Shown one piece after another: positions 1 to 9,675 of a stretch of DNA of 64,000 nucleotides. The stretch's first letter is position 1. Each line of letters begins with the position of its first letter. Source of the stretch: Candidatus Magasanikiibacteriota bacterium (GTDB lineage Bacteria > Patescibacteriota > Patescibacteriia > Magasanikbacterales > 2-02-FULL-50-9b); the NCBI GenBank assembly GCA_903893485.1, contig CAITMK010000012.1:18708-82707 (forward strand), in the 5' to 3' direction. The notes under the pieces were generated by a model, which was not told the origin of the DNA, searched no databases, and was given only the letters and a program-made list of their open reading frames with translations. The position numbers were made by a program, and so were the translations under genes.

Positions 1-2
1 TC

Positions 3-2036
3 GGTCGCATCTTCTTCAACGAAATTTTGCACGAACAGCTTCCTTGGTACAACGAAATTATTACCGTGAAGAAATTGGGTGAAATTATCCGTTTTGTTCT
101 CGAAAAAGTTGGTGAAATCGGCGCTGCTCAACAGCTCGATCGCGTGAAAGATCTTGGTTTCCGTTACGTTACCAAATCTGGTTATTCACTTGGTATGGAC
201 GATTTTCCAAAGCTCATTCACAAGGCAGAAATGCTTTCTGGTGGTGATCGCCGCATCGCAGAAATTGAAGTTCAATACGCTGAAGGTTTGCTTACCCAGA
301 ATGAACGTCACAGCAAAATTATTGAAGTTTGGACAGATATTAAAGATCGTATCGTAGCAGGTAACCGCGATGTGCTCGACAAATTCGGTCCAGTGTACGC
401 GATGATTGAATCGGGTGCTCGTGGTTCATGGGGCCAGCTCGCGCAGGTTATCGGTATGAAAGGTTTGGTGCAGTCTCCATCGGGTGACATTATCGAACTT
501 CCAGTTAAGGGCTCATTTAAAGAAGGTTTCGATGTGCTTGAATTCTTTATCTCATCTCACGGTGTGCGTAAAGGTTTGTCTGATACTGCACTTCGTACCG
601 CGAATGCAGGTTACTTGACTCGTCGTTTGGTTGATGTTGCACAAGACGTGGTTGTTTTGGAAGATGATTGTGGAGAAACAGCCGGCGTACTTCTTACTCG
701 TGCAGATTCTGAACAGATCGGTGAAAAACTTACCGAACGTGTACTTGGTCGTTTCTCAATTGCGGATATCAAAGTTCCAGGAGAAAAAACAATTATTACT
801 AAAAAGGGTACCATTATCAACGAAGAAGCATGTCGCCAAATCGATGCACATAAGGTTGATAACATTCAGGTTCGCACCGTGCTCAAGTGTCGCATGCCAA
901 AGGGTATTTGTGTGAAATGTTACGGTTGGGATCTTGGCCACAACAAAGAAGTTCGTCTTGGTCAGGCAGTTGGTATTATCGCTGCACAATCAATCGGTGA
1001 ACCAGGTACACAGCTTACCATGCGTACTTTTCATACTGGTGGTGTGGCAGGTACTGATATCACCAAAGGTTTGCCACGTGTTGAAGAATTGTTTGAAGCT
1101 CGCGCTCCAAAGAAAAAAGCAATCGTTGCTGATGTTGCAGGTCAGGTTGAAGTGTTGTCAGCTGATGGCCGCGTAATCGAATCACCAACCGGACGCCGCA
1201 TTTTCGAAGGCCGTCGTGGTCAGAAGATTGTGAAATTGCGTTTTGAAGGTGTTGATGAAGAACGTTACCGTTTGGAAGAAGGTGACACCGCATACATCAA
1301 GGACGGCAAAAAAGTTAAAAAGGGTGCCAAGCTCATGAACCGCGCAAGTGGTGAAACAATCGAAGCGCAGCATGCGGGTATTGCCAAAGTTGATGACGCA
1401 GCAGTGCGCGTTGTGTTCGAAGGTGGCAACGAAAAAGAATATATCATTCCAATTGGTTACAAATTAACTGTTCGCGATGGCGACATGGTTAATGCCGGTG
1501 ATGCACTTACCGAAGGTCACATTGAACTTCACGAGTTGCACGAACTTAAGGGTAAAGAAGCTGTACAAACTTATATCCTTAAAGAAATTCAGGATATTTA
1601 TTCTTCACAAGGTCAGAAGCTTAACGATAAACACGTCGAAATTATCTTGCGCCAAATGTTTAGCCGTGTGTATGTCACGGAAGCTGGCGAAACAGACATG
1701 ATTCCAGGTGAAATCGTTGAAAAGGCTCAGATCTTTGATGCGAATGTGAAAGTTAAAAAAGGCGAAAAGAGTGCGTTGGGTCGCGAATTGTTCCTTGGTG
1801 TTTCTAAGGTTTCACTTTCAACTCAGTCATTCCTTTCAGCTGCGTCTTTCCAAGACACCGCACGTGTTTTGATCGGCGCTGCAATTACCGGTAAAACTGA
1901 TTTCCTTGAAGGTCTTAAGGAAAACGTAATTATCGGCCGCTTAATTCCAGCAGGTACTGGCTACGAAGAACGCGCCGCAGCAGCATTAGCGCTGGGTGAT
2001 GAAGAAGTCGTAGAAGCAGAAGTCGCTGCGGAATAA
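3..2036 (+). CDS. rpoC: RNA polymerase beta' subunit, C-terminal part (5' end outside window)
   Basis: Motifs GLSDTALRTANAGYLTRRLVDV, AAQSIGEPGTQLTMRTFH, GLPRVEELFEAR, LKENVIIGRLIPAGTG. Confidence 0.99.
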   Translation, partial: GRIFFNEILHEQLPWYNEIITVKKLGEIIRFVLEKVGEIGAAQQLDRVKDLGFRYVTKSGYSLGMDDFPKLIHKAEMLSGGDRRIAEIEVQYAEGLLTQNERHSKIIEVWTDIKDRIVAGNRDVLDKFGPVYAMIESGARGSWGQLAQVIGMKGLVQSPSGDIIELPVKGSFKEGFDVLEFFISSHGVRKGLSDTALRTANAGYLTRRLVDVAQDVVVLEDDCGETAGVLLTRADSEQIGEKLTERVLGRFSIADIKVPGEKTIITKKGTIINEEACRQIDAHKVDNIQVRTVLKCRMPKGICVKCYGWDLGHNKEVRLGQAVGIIAAQSIGEPGTQLTMRTFHTGGVAGTDITKGLPRVEELFEARAPKKKAIVADVAGQVEVLSADGRVIESPTGRRIFEGRRGQKIVKLRFEGVDEERYRLEEGDTAYIKDGKKVKKGAKLMNRASGETIEAQHAGIAKVDDAAVRVVFEGGNEKEYIIPIGYKLTVRDGDMVNAGDALTEGHIELHELHELKGKEAVQTYILKEIQDIYSSQGQKLNDKHVEIILRQMFSRVYVTEAGETDMIPGEIVEKAQIFDANVKVKKGEKSALGRELFLGVSKVSLSTQSFLSAASFQDTARVLIGAAITGKTDFLEGLKENVIIGRLIPAGTGYEERAAAALALGDEEVVEAEVAAE

Positions 2037-2053
2037 TTTTCGCTCGAAATTAG

Positions 2054-2080
2054 AAAAAGCCCCGGAAACGGGGCTTTTTT
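2054..2080 (+). terminator. Intrinsic terminator after rpoC
   Basis: AAAAAGCCCCG-GAAA-CGGGGCTTTTTT hairpin plus T tract; identical copy at 3653-3679. Confidence 0.9.
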
Positions 2081-2104
2081 GTATTATGATATACTGTAAA
2101 TAAT

Positions 2105-3640
2105 ATGAAAAAAGTTCTTTCAAAAATAATACTTCTAAGTATTTTAATAATGCCTGCGGCTGCGTATGCAGATACAACAGCTGCTAATCCTGGAATTGGG
2201 TATAATGATTTTACCCCAGCGGATAAGCAGGCGCTTACCACAGCATTACCAATGGCTGGTTTTGCTCAAAAAATGATAAGCCCTGCACAAGATGCAGCGC
2301 AGTTACGTGCATGGCATAATCCACAGATTTCAAATGGCCGCGTTGCAGTAGAGGAAACGGTTGTAAATGTTGTTGAAAGATCAAAACTGATTGATTCGAT
2401 TAAAGAAATGGTGCAGAAAGTTGCCGATCAATATCCAGATATGGCAGCCGCGACATCATCAAGTGAGATAGTTGCGGCACACCCAGAATTTGAATCTAAG
2501 TTTGCAGAAGTGTTGGCACACACATTTACGTTAGATGAATTGCAGCTTGAACAGGGAAGCGAAAAGATTCAAATTCATGTTTACAACTTACATAATCCAA
2601 AGGAAGAGTTTGTAATTCCAGCTCAAGATCATGAGTTACACTTGGGTATGATTAGGGCTCCGACGTGGTCACTCGGCCCAGCTGGATTAGCATGGATAGA
2701 TAATACCGTAAGTACCGATTCAAAAACGGTAACACAGAAAATTAATTATTTTGATTTTAAAACTAATAAGAATCGCATTCTTTTAACGCAACAGAATAAG
2801 AGTGATTCACGGATTAGTAATATCCAGGCTCAATATCAAACAATTGATCTGGCTTTTAACGGCGCAAAAGCTACAAGCGGAACCATTTTTGATCTTGTTC
2901 ACAATAAATCGATATTGGTAAATTTACCATTAAAACCAATTCAAGGCTTGTCTACAGAATCAGAATGGAATATCAAGTTATTGCGTGGTGTTATGAGTTT
3001 TGTCTCAGGCTCACATTATATTGCAAATATTGAAAAAATCGATAAAAATAGTTCGACCGTTCGACTGTTAAATATAACGACGGGTAAAACGAAAAAAATT
3101 ACAATTCCAGGCGCAATAAGTGCAGCACGTATTTATGGTGAAAATTTAGTTGCGACCGTATCCGATGGCCCAACCAATTTACTGACAAGTGTGTGGGAAT
3201 ATTCAATGCAAAAAAATAAAGCAAGAAAAATTTCTGTAACAGATCAGGGCGCAAAAATCACAGCACTTGAAGGTGATGAAATTATATTATTGCCAGCTAC
3301 TCGCACGGATAATTTTATTTTGCAGCTCATTGTAATGAATCGTTTGACAGGCAAAAACAAGGTGATGGCATATCCAAGTTCCACATATTCAATGTATAGT
3401 TATCGCGTTGAAACCGGTATTCAAAAAGCAACGGATGATTTGGCGAAACAATATGGCGTGGAAAATGTTTCGTTGAACGGTTATACAACAGGCGACTTTA
3501 TTGGTGTGCAAAAACCATCTTCAATTAAGACAAGTGATATTCAAGGTACATACTGGGCGCAACAGCTTGCAAGTCTTGAAAAAATGAAAATAGATTTGAT
3601 GAGTAGTATTTCAGCACTAACAATTTATTCAGCAAAATAA
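2105..3640 (+). CDS. Secreted hypothetical protein, probable beta-propeller
   Basis: 511-aa ORF with N-terminal signal peptide (MKKVLSKIILLSILIMPAAAYA); shares blocks with 51821-54193. Confidence 0.75.
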   Translation: MKKVLSKIILLSILIMPAAAYADTTAANPGIGYNDFTPADKQALTTALPMAGFAQKMISPAQDAAQLRAWHNPQISNGRVAVEETVVNVVERSKLIDSIKEMVQKVADQYPDMAAATSSSEIVAAHPEFESKFAEVLAHTFTLDELQLEQGSEKIQIHVYNLHNPKEEFVIPAQDHELHLGMIRAPTWSLGPAGLAWIDNTVSTDSKTVTQKINYFDFKTNKNRILLTQQNKSDSRISNIQAQYQTIDLAFNGAKATSGTIFDLVHNKSILVNLPLKPIQGLSTESEWNIKLLRGVMSFVSGSHYIANIEKIDKNSSTVRLLNITTGKTKKITIPGAISAARIYGENLVATVSDGPTNLLTSVWEYSMQKNKARKISVTDQGAKITALEGDEIILLPATRTDNFILQLIVMNRLTGKNKVMAYPSSTYSMYSYRVETGIQKATDDLAKQYGVENVSLNGYTTGDFIGVQKPSSIKTSDIQGTYWAQQLASLEKMKIDLMSSISALTIYSAK

Positions 3641-3652
3641 TTTTTTGAAGGT

Positions 3653-3679
3653 AAAAAGCCCCGGAAACGGGGCTTTTTT
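3653..3679 (+). terminator. Intrinsic terminator, duplicate of the rpoC terminator
   Basis: Same sequence as 2054-2080. Confidence 0.9.
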
Positions 3680-3717
3680 GCATTGAACATTTTTTGTGTT
3701 CCTGGTATTATTATGCC

Positions 3718-4434
3718 ATGTCAGGGCATTCAAAATGGTCAACAATTCAAGCATCGAAAGGCGTTGCAGATAAGCGTCGTGCGGTTATTTTTGCAAAATA
3801 CGCGCGGCTAATTGCAATTGCTGCCAAAGAAGGTGGCGGGCCCGATCCTGTGAAAAATTTTAAATTACGCGTTGCGGTCGAAAAGGCGCGCGGCGTGAAC
3901 ATGCCAAAAGAAAACATTGATCGCGCAATCGCCAAAGGCGCGGGCACTGGCGGCGCCGATGATGTCGAGTCAGTTATGTACGATGGTTTAGGGCTTGGAG
4001 GCCGTCTTGCGATTTTAATCGAATGCGCAACAAACAACACAAATCGTTCTGTAGGAAATGTTAAAAATGCGCTGGTAAAGCAAGGCGCCGCAATGGGTGC
4101 ATCGGGCAGCGCAGCATGGATGTTTGATCGCCGCGGCGTGATTCGCGTTGACCAAAAAATTTCAGAAGATCAAGAACTGCAATTAATCGACGATGGCGCG
4201 GTTGATTTTATTGAAGAAGATGGCGGTACAACCATTTATACGCTCACTGAAAAATTTTGGATTGTGATGCAGCGGTTGGCAGAGTGGGGAATCGCAACGC
4301 AATATTCAGAACTTGATTGGGTTCCAAAAAATCCAGAACATTTTACCGAAGAAGAAAACGAAAAAATTCAAAAAATTATTGAAGCATTGGAAAGCACCGA
4401 AGACGTCGAAAGCGTTTACACAAATGCGGGATAA
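3718..4434 (+). CDS. yebC: YebC/PmpR family protein
   Basis: MSGHSKWSTI start, NMPKENIDRAI, C-terminal EDVESVYTN; lies near ruvC; TTGAAC-17-TATTAT promoter ends 6 nt before the ATG. Confidence 0.96.
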   Translation: MSGHSKWSTIQASKGVADKRRAVIFAKYARLIAIAAKEGGGPDPVKNFKLRVAVEKARGVNMPKENIDRAIAKGAGTGGADDVESVMYDGLGLGGRLAILIECATNNTNRSVGNVKNALVKQGAAMGASGSAAWMFDRRGVIRVDQKISEDQELQLIDDGAVDFIEEDGGTTIYTLTEKFWIVMQRLAEWGIATQYSELDWVPKNPEHFTEEENEKIQKIIEALESTEDVESVYTNAG

Positions 4435-4475
4435 AAAAATACCGGATGGCGCACGAGTTATGTGCGAACATCCGG
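4433..4475 (-). terminator. Long hairpin terminator of the 4497-4850 unit
   Basis: CCGGATG...CATCCGG stem with inner CGCAC/GTGCG pairing, followed by a T tract on the minus strand. Confidence 0.65.
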
Positions 4476-4496
4476 GTTGTGGCCAAGGCCGATGGC

Positions 4497-4850
4497 TCAG
4501 GTGATGATCCGTTCGTTGGTGACCCAGTAGAGCACGCGCGCCCATTTGGACGACGCGTACATGAGGAAGAAACACAGCAACGCGATCGGCAGTTGCCAGA
4601 TCAAAGCGCAGCAGCCAACGGCCACGAGGAGCCAAATCGCCAACATGGCAAAGCCGTTGTTTTGCAGTTCGTGCATGATATTCCAGCCGCACATGATGCC
4701 GCCGAACAGCCCGACCGCTTTGCGCAGTTCCGGAATGTCGTCGACCGTCATGTGTTTGGTGGTCATCATGATCATGTACACAATCACGATGCCCGTAAGG
4801 CCAATAAATCCGTCCCGCAAAAAGCGGTCCACCTTCCGATACAATTGCAT
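4497..4850 (-). CDS. Small hypothetical membrane protein (SD-led orphan)
   Basis: GGAGGAAGGC-ATG start; several hydrophobic segments; own TTGACA promoter at 4920-4925. Confidence 0.65.
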   Translation of the reverse strand: MQLYRKVDRFLRDGFIGLTGIVIVYMIMMTTKHMTVDDIPELRKAVGLFGGIMCGWNIMHELQNNGFAMLAIWLLVAVGCCALIWQLPIALLCFFLMYASSKWARVLYWVTNERIIT

Positions 4851-4960
4851 GCCTTCCTCCCGAGGTTCCCGCCCAAAATGATTTAAGGGGGAAAGCCATT
4901 GTCTCACATCTGTGGGCGTTGTCAAGAGTGGTACTTTTTTGCTACTGTGTAAGTACAAAT

Positions 4961-5434
4961 ATGATTATTTTTGGAATTGACCCGGGCTATCATCGCGTTG
5001 GTTGGGGTGTGGTAGATCGCACAGGCCGAACGGTTACGGCGCAGGAATGGGGTTGTATTGAAACTAACCCAAAAGACGATTTGCCCGAGCGTCTTTTGCA
5101 AATTTATCAGGAAATTAAAGCGATTTTAAAAAAACATAAACCAGCGGCCGTGATTTTGGAAAAATTATATTTTGCGCAGAATACCACTACGGCACTTAAG
5201 GTTTCTGAGGCTCGCGGCGTGCTTTTGCTTGCAACTGCCGAGTTAAAAATCCCTGTTTTGGAGCTGACGAATTCTCAAATTAAGTCCGGTTTTACTGGGT
5301 TTGGCGGCGCTAAAAAATTTCAAATGCAAGAAATGGTTCGACTAGTTTTTGGTATGAAAGAAAAGATAACACCTGACGATGCGGCTGACGCGCTTGCCAT
5401 GGCATATGTGGGGGCTTGGCGTATTGGAAAATAG
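4961..5434 (+). CDS. ruvC: Holliday junction resolvase RuvC
   Basis: IFGIDPG, EKLYF, EARGV, DDAADALAMA motifs. Confidence 0.97.
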   Translation: MIIFGIDPGYHRVGWGVVDRTGRTVTAQEWGCIETNPKDDLPERLLQIYQEIKAILKKHKPAAVILEKLYFAQNTTTALKVSEARGVLLLATAELKIPVLELTNSQIKSGFTGFGGAKKFQMQEMVRLVFGMKEKITPDDAADALAMAYVGAWRIGK

Positions 5435-5473
5435 ATTGACGGACGAGGTTTTCACCAGTAAGATACCCACAAT

Positions 5474-6883
5474 ATGAATAAGCCCGTAGTCATTATCGGT
5501 GCCGGCCCGGCTGGCCTTACTGCCGCCTCCGAGCTGGTGGATCGCGGCGTCCCTGTGATTATCCTGGAAAAAACTGGGCGTGTTGGCGGCATCGCCCGCA
5601 CTGACGAATACAAGGGATACCGCTTTGACATTGGCGGCCACCGTTTTTTTACGCGCGTGCCGTGGGTCATGGAATTTTGGAAAAAAATAATGGGCGACGA
5701 TTTTTTACGCCGTCCGCGCCAAAGCCACATTTATTATCGTCGCGAATTTTATACGTACCCAATTAAACCATTCGAAGCGCTCCGCAAATTTGGGTTCAAA
5801 GAATCGGTTATCGTAATGTGGAGTTTTGGTAAGGCACAATTGTTTAAGCGCCCAACCGAAGAAACATTTGAAGATTATATCGTTAATCATTTTGGCGAAC
5901 GATTATTTCATCATTTTTTTAAATCGTACACCGAAAAAGTGTGGGGAATTCCAACGAGCGAAATCCGCGCCGAGTGGGCAGCGCAGCGTATCAAAGGCAT
6001 GAGTATTTGGGGCATGTTAAAGTCCGCGCTTTTGCCAACAAGCAATAAATTTACATCGCTCATAGAAGAATTTTATTATCCACGGCTTGGTCCGGGCCAA
6101 ATGTGGGAAAAATTAGCGGCCAAACTTTTGGTCAGCGGTTTGGTTACATTGCATTACAATGCAGAGCCAACAATTTTGCATCACGAAAATGGTGAAGTCA
6201 CCAGTGTGACATATAAAATCGGAAAAATTTTACATACCACAGAATGTCGCGCGGTAATTTCAACCATGCCGCTGCGCGAATTGTTTCATATTTTTTCGCC
6301 AGCGTTGCCGCCAGATGCAATTACTGCCGCAGACCGATTGCATTACCGCGATTTTTTAACGGTTGCACTTATCATTAATAAGGCCGACATGTTTCCAGAC
6401 AATTGGATTTATATTCACGATCCAAATGTGCGCATGGGCCGCATTCAAAATTTTAAAAATTGGTCGCCAGAATTGGTGCCAGATCAAACTAAAACTTGTT
6501 TGGGTTTGGAATATTTTTTGTTCGATACCGAAAAAATGTGGCGTATGCCTGATCATGAATTGGTAAATATGGCCGCGCAGGAATTGGTGCGAATTGGTTT
6601 GGCAAAGCGGGCCGAAATTACGGATGGCTGCGTGGTGCGTATGCCAAAAGCATATCCAACCTACGATCCAGATTACGAAGCAGCAATGCCGCAAATTCGT
6701 GCGACGCTTGCAGAATTTAAAAACTTGTTTCCGGTAGGCCGCAACGGCATGCACAAATATAACAACCAGGATCATGCTATGGTTACGGCAAAATATGCCG
6801 TTGAAAATCTGTGCGATAATGCGGGCCACAACATTTGGGAAGTAAATGTTGAACGCGTATACCACGAACAGACAACGAAGTGA
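5474..6883 (+). CDS. FAD-dependent oxidoreductase (protoporphyrinogen oxidase/UDP-galactopyranose mutase-like)
   Basis: GAGPAGL dinucleotide motif, DIGGHRFF, GRNGMHKYNNQDHAM. Confidence 0.85.
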   Translation: MNKPVVIIGAGPAGLTAASELVDRGVPVIILEKTGRVGGIARTDEYKGYRFDIGGHRFFTRVPWVMEFWKKIMGDDFLRRPRQSHIYYRREFYTYPIKPFEALRKFGFKESVIVMWSFGKAQLFKRPTEETFEDYIVNHFGERLFHHFFKSYTEKVWGIPTSEIRAEWAAQRIKGMSIWGMLKSALLPTSNKFTSLIEEFYYPRLGPGQMWEKLAAKLLVSGLVTLHYNAEPTILHHENGEVTSVTYKIGKILHTTECRAVISTMPLRELFHIFSPALPPDAITAADRLHYRDFLTVALIINKADMFPDNWIYIHDPNVRMGRIQNFKNWSPELVPDQTKTCLGLEYFLFDTEKMWRMPDHELVNMAAQELVRIGLAKRAEITDGCVVRMPKAYPTYDPDYEAAMPQIRATLAEFKNLFPVGRNGMHKYNNQDHAMVTAKYAVENLCDNAGHNIWEVNVERVYHEQTTK

Positions 6884-6952
6884 TATATTGACGCGCATTC
6901 ATAAAAATGCTAACGTATTCATCATGTGGCGCGACCACGATGGAGGTTTCTA

Positions 6953-7708
6953 ATGGATTTTGAACGGTCTCATCAAATTCGCCTTGCGCTCGAAGCTGCA
7001 TTTGTGGCAGCGCAAGGCAAACCTGTGGCAATGATCGTGGGTATCGGTGACGTCGGCAAGGGTGTTGCGGCAATGATTCGGCGCATGTCGCCCTTGCATC
7101 ATCTAGTCCTGGTGAACCGGGGCGCTCAGCGGCTTGCCGCGGTTCGTCTCGATCTGGATCTCAGCGACACGCCAGGCGGGCCAATCAGCACCATCGAGCT
7201 CGATCCGGGCAACCCGGCCGAACTTGATGTGCTCAAAGGCTGGCTGCAGCAGACGGTGAATCAAATTGATTTACTTGTATTGGCTGCGGGCTGCGCGGTG
7301 CCGGATGAGGGTAGCGAGCCAGCGTACGCGGCGAATCGCCCAAACTGGCAGCTCAAGACCAGCGTCATCGACGCGGTCGCGCAGTACGTCCACCACCTCG
7401 TTGTTGTGGGGTCCATGGTCACGCATTTGCCGGAGGCGGATGTACAGAGCCAGATCGGCTATCGCACGAGCATGCGGGAGCTTGAGACTCGCGTGAGTCA
7501 GCTGCAGGTTTGGATGCGTGGCGAGAATGTCAATCCATTCCTGGCTGAGCACGTGTTCGTCTGGCCGTGCCAGCTCGTCCAGGGCGCGACCGCCGAGAAG
7601 TACAAGGGTCTCGGTTTCGTGCATGAGAGTCAGGAAATTTGGACGCCTCAGGCGCATGCCGAGGCGACGCTCTGGCCTTTCATCCGTGGGTGGTGGCCGC
7701 TGCAGTAA
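6953..7708 (+). CDS. Divergent SDR-like Rossmann-fold protein (SD-led, GC-rich)
   Basis: GGAGG 6 nt before the ATG; VGIGDVGKGVA, IDLLVLAAG; aligns by eye with the downstream SDR. Confidence 0.7.
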   Translation: MDFERSHQIRLALEAAFVAAQGKPVAMIVGIGDVGKGVAAMIRRMSPLHHLVLVNRGAQRLAAVRLDLDLSDTPGGPISTIELDPGNPAELDVLKGWLQQTVNQIDLLVLAAGCAVPDEGSEPAYAANRPNWQLKTSVIDAVAQYVHHLVVVGSMVTHLPEADVQSQIGYRTSMRELETRVSQLQVWMRGENVNPFLAEHVFVWPCQLVQGATAEKYKGLGFVHESQEIWTPQAHAEATLWPFIRGWWPLQ

Positions 7709-7726
7709 CGGACACCCTTTGTGTCC

Positions 7727-7769
7727 AACGTCCGTATGTTGCCAGTTTGGCAGCGTGCGGCGTTTTTTT
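7727..7769 (+). terminator. Long hairpin terminator
   Basis: CCGTATGTTGCCA/TGGCAGCGTGCGG 13-bp stem with U-G pairs, followed by a T run. Confidence 0.7.
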
Positions 7770-7788
7770 ATGCTACAATAAATCCACT

Positions 7789-8451
7789 ATGACAGAACAA
7801 AAATATGCAGTTGTAACGGGCGGCTCTGAAGGTGTTGGATTTGCCGTGGCGCAAATGCTCGCAGGCCATGGAATGCATGTAATCCTTTTAGCGCGCGACA
7901 AAGAAAAATTAGCTGCAGCTCATACGGCGCTCGGTGGCGGCGAAAATATTTCTGTTTTTAGCGTTGATGTTTCAAACGAGGGTGCGATTGCTGAGGTAAA
8001 AAATTATATCTCCGTTGTGACTGGCCAAATCGATGTATTAGTTAACGCAGCCGGTACGTTTCGTTGGGATCCGTCCGATATTAATTTAATGACACTGAAT
8101 GCTGATAGTAAAGAATTCATACTTCACGCGTTTCACGATTTGATTATTCCAGGAAGTTTTGTAATAAATATTAGTTCGCAAGCAGCGCTATTTGCGCCGG
8201 AAGATCCACGTCGCACGGGTGAAGAAGAATATGTTGCGTCAATGCAGCGCGTCGATGCTTTGTCAGCAGAATTTGCAGCGAAACATCCCGGAGTTCATGT
8301 GCATATTTCTCATCCACCACTGATGCGCGGTAAAATTGCGGAATCACAATTTCGCGGGCGTCCTGGCTTTGAAGATATAAATTTTGATACGCTTCCGGGT
8401 CCAGAAATTGTTGCCGATGAAATTGAAAAAGTCATTTTTGGAACGGTGTGA
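7789..8451 (+). CDS. SDR family oxidoreductase (atypical active site)
   Basis: VTGGSEGVG, IDVLVNAAG, INISS; YVASM in place of YxxxK. Confidence 0.85.
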   Translation: MTEQKYAVVTGGSEGVGFAVAQMLAGHGMHVILLARDKEKLAAAHTALGGGENISVFSVDVSNEGAIAEVKNYISVVTGQIDVLVNAAGTFRWDPSDINLMTLNADSKEFILHAFHDLIIPGSFVINISSQAALFAPEDPRRTGEEEYVASMQRVDALSAEFAAKHPGVHVHISHPPLMRGKIAESQFRGRPGFEDINFDTLPGPEIVADEIEKVIFGTV

Positions 8452-9188
8452 TCGGTGTTTTCGATTCTGGCTCGGGCGGACTTTCTGTTTTAGTTGCAAT
8501 TAAAAAAGTCGCGCCAGAGCTAGATATTGTTTACTTTGGCGATCTTACAAACATGCCATATGGCGCAAAATCACCGCAAGAATTATTTGATTTAACGTTA
8601 CGGGGATTTAAAATATTACGCGCCGCCGGAGCTACACAATTGGTGAGCGCGTGTAATAGTATTTCCGCGTCAGTCATTCGGCCCCTCATGCCAGATGAAG
8701 GAATTATCGAAATGGTTGGCCCGGCGGTAAGGGAATTGCTTGCGCGCCAAGTTAAACGCGTTGCAATTGTCGCGACGCCCGCGACTGTTGAATCTGGCAT
8801 CTATGATAGTGCTTGCGCCGCCGTTGGAATTCAAGCGACAATGATTGCGTGTCCGAAATTAGCTTTCGCAATCGAATACGATAATGCTGAAATAATTAGG
8901 GAAGAAGTTTTTGCGGCGTGTGAAAAAATCAAGGCAGCACGAGCAGATGCAATTTTATTAGGGTGTACACACTATCCATTTGCGCGTGGCATATTTACAG
9001 AATTTTTGCCTACAAATTTTGAAATTATTGACCCAGCATTTGCAGTTGCAGCAGAAGTTATAGCTAAATGCGGTAGTGAGGGAAGTGGCAAATTAAAAAT
9101 TATCACTTCCAAAGAAAGTGATAATTTTGGTTCGCGTATTGAAAATTTATTTGGTACCAAGCCTATGCTGCTTGGCCAAAATCCCTAG
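8448..9188 (+). CDS. murI: Glutamate racemase
   Basis: GVFDSGSGGLSV, PYG, ACNS, LGCTHYP. Confidence 0.95.
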   Translation: MIGVFDSGSGGLSVLVAIKKVAPELDIVYFGDLTNMPYGAKSPQELFDLTLRGFKILRAAGATQLVSACNSISASVIRPLMPDEGIIEMVGPAVRELLARQVKRVAIVATPATVESGIYDSACAAVGIQATMIACPKLAFAIEYDNAEIIREEVFAACEKIKAARADAILLGCTHYPFARGIFTEFLPTNFEIIDPAFAVAAEVIAKCGSEGSGKLKIITSKESDNFGSRIENLFGTKPMLLGQNP

Positions 9189-9603
9189 TCGGTTCAAAGG
9201 CATTTGTGATGCGCGCCATTCGCTGGCTATAAGTCTCAGGATCATATTTGGTCGGGGTTCGTATGAGCTCAGCATTGTGTGTTTCTACAAGCGCTTTTGT
9301 AGCAGCCTCTGCTGTTACGTCTGCAGCAACTTTTTCTGCAGCAACTTCAGCGGCAGGCTTTGTTGACTGCTCCGCCTTGGTTATATATGAAGCCAGCCGA
9401 CTCAACTCTTCGGCATCATGAGGATCTTTTGCATCAAGTTTTAATTCTCCCAAAAGTTTTTGGGCTCGTGCAATTGCTTCTGGAGCGCGTGATTTTAAAT
9501 TTGGATTATTCGAGACATCATCAAGTGTTTGACGCATGCGGTCAACACGCATAAAAATGGCGGAAGGTTTGTTTGATAAAGTTTTCGGCGAATCCATAGA
9601 CAT
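9163..9603 (-). CDS. Hypothetical protein
   Basis: Helical, Ala/Glu/Lys-rich ORF; TATACT 7 nt before the ATG at 9603. Confidence 0.6.
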   Translation of the reverse strand: MSMDSPKTLSNKPSAIFMRVDRMRQTLDDVSNNPNLKSRAPEAIARAQKLLGELKLDAKDPHDAEELSRLASYITKAEQSTKPAAEVAAEKVAADVTAEAATKALVETHNAELIRTPTKYDPETYSQRMARITNAFEPTRDFGQAA

Positions 9604-9637
9604 ATAGATAAGTATACCATGCACCGATTATCCACAT

Positions 9638-9666
9638 TTGACATTCGGTTTCTGTTCGGTCATACT
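9638..9666 (+). promoter_or_regulatory. lexA promoter with TTCGG-N6-TTCGG direct repeat (putative LexA operator)
   Basis: TTGACA(9638)-17 nt-CATACT(9661); the spacer carries TTCGG at 9644 and 9655. Confidence 0.8.
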
Positions 9667-9675
9667 AAAATCACT

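Noticed and set aside
4306-4899. Alternative ORFs 4306-4899(-), 4446-4886(+), 4546-4881(+)
   Set aside because: They lack start signals or overlap yebC; treated as shadows of 4497-4850.
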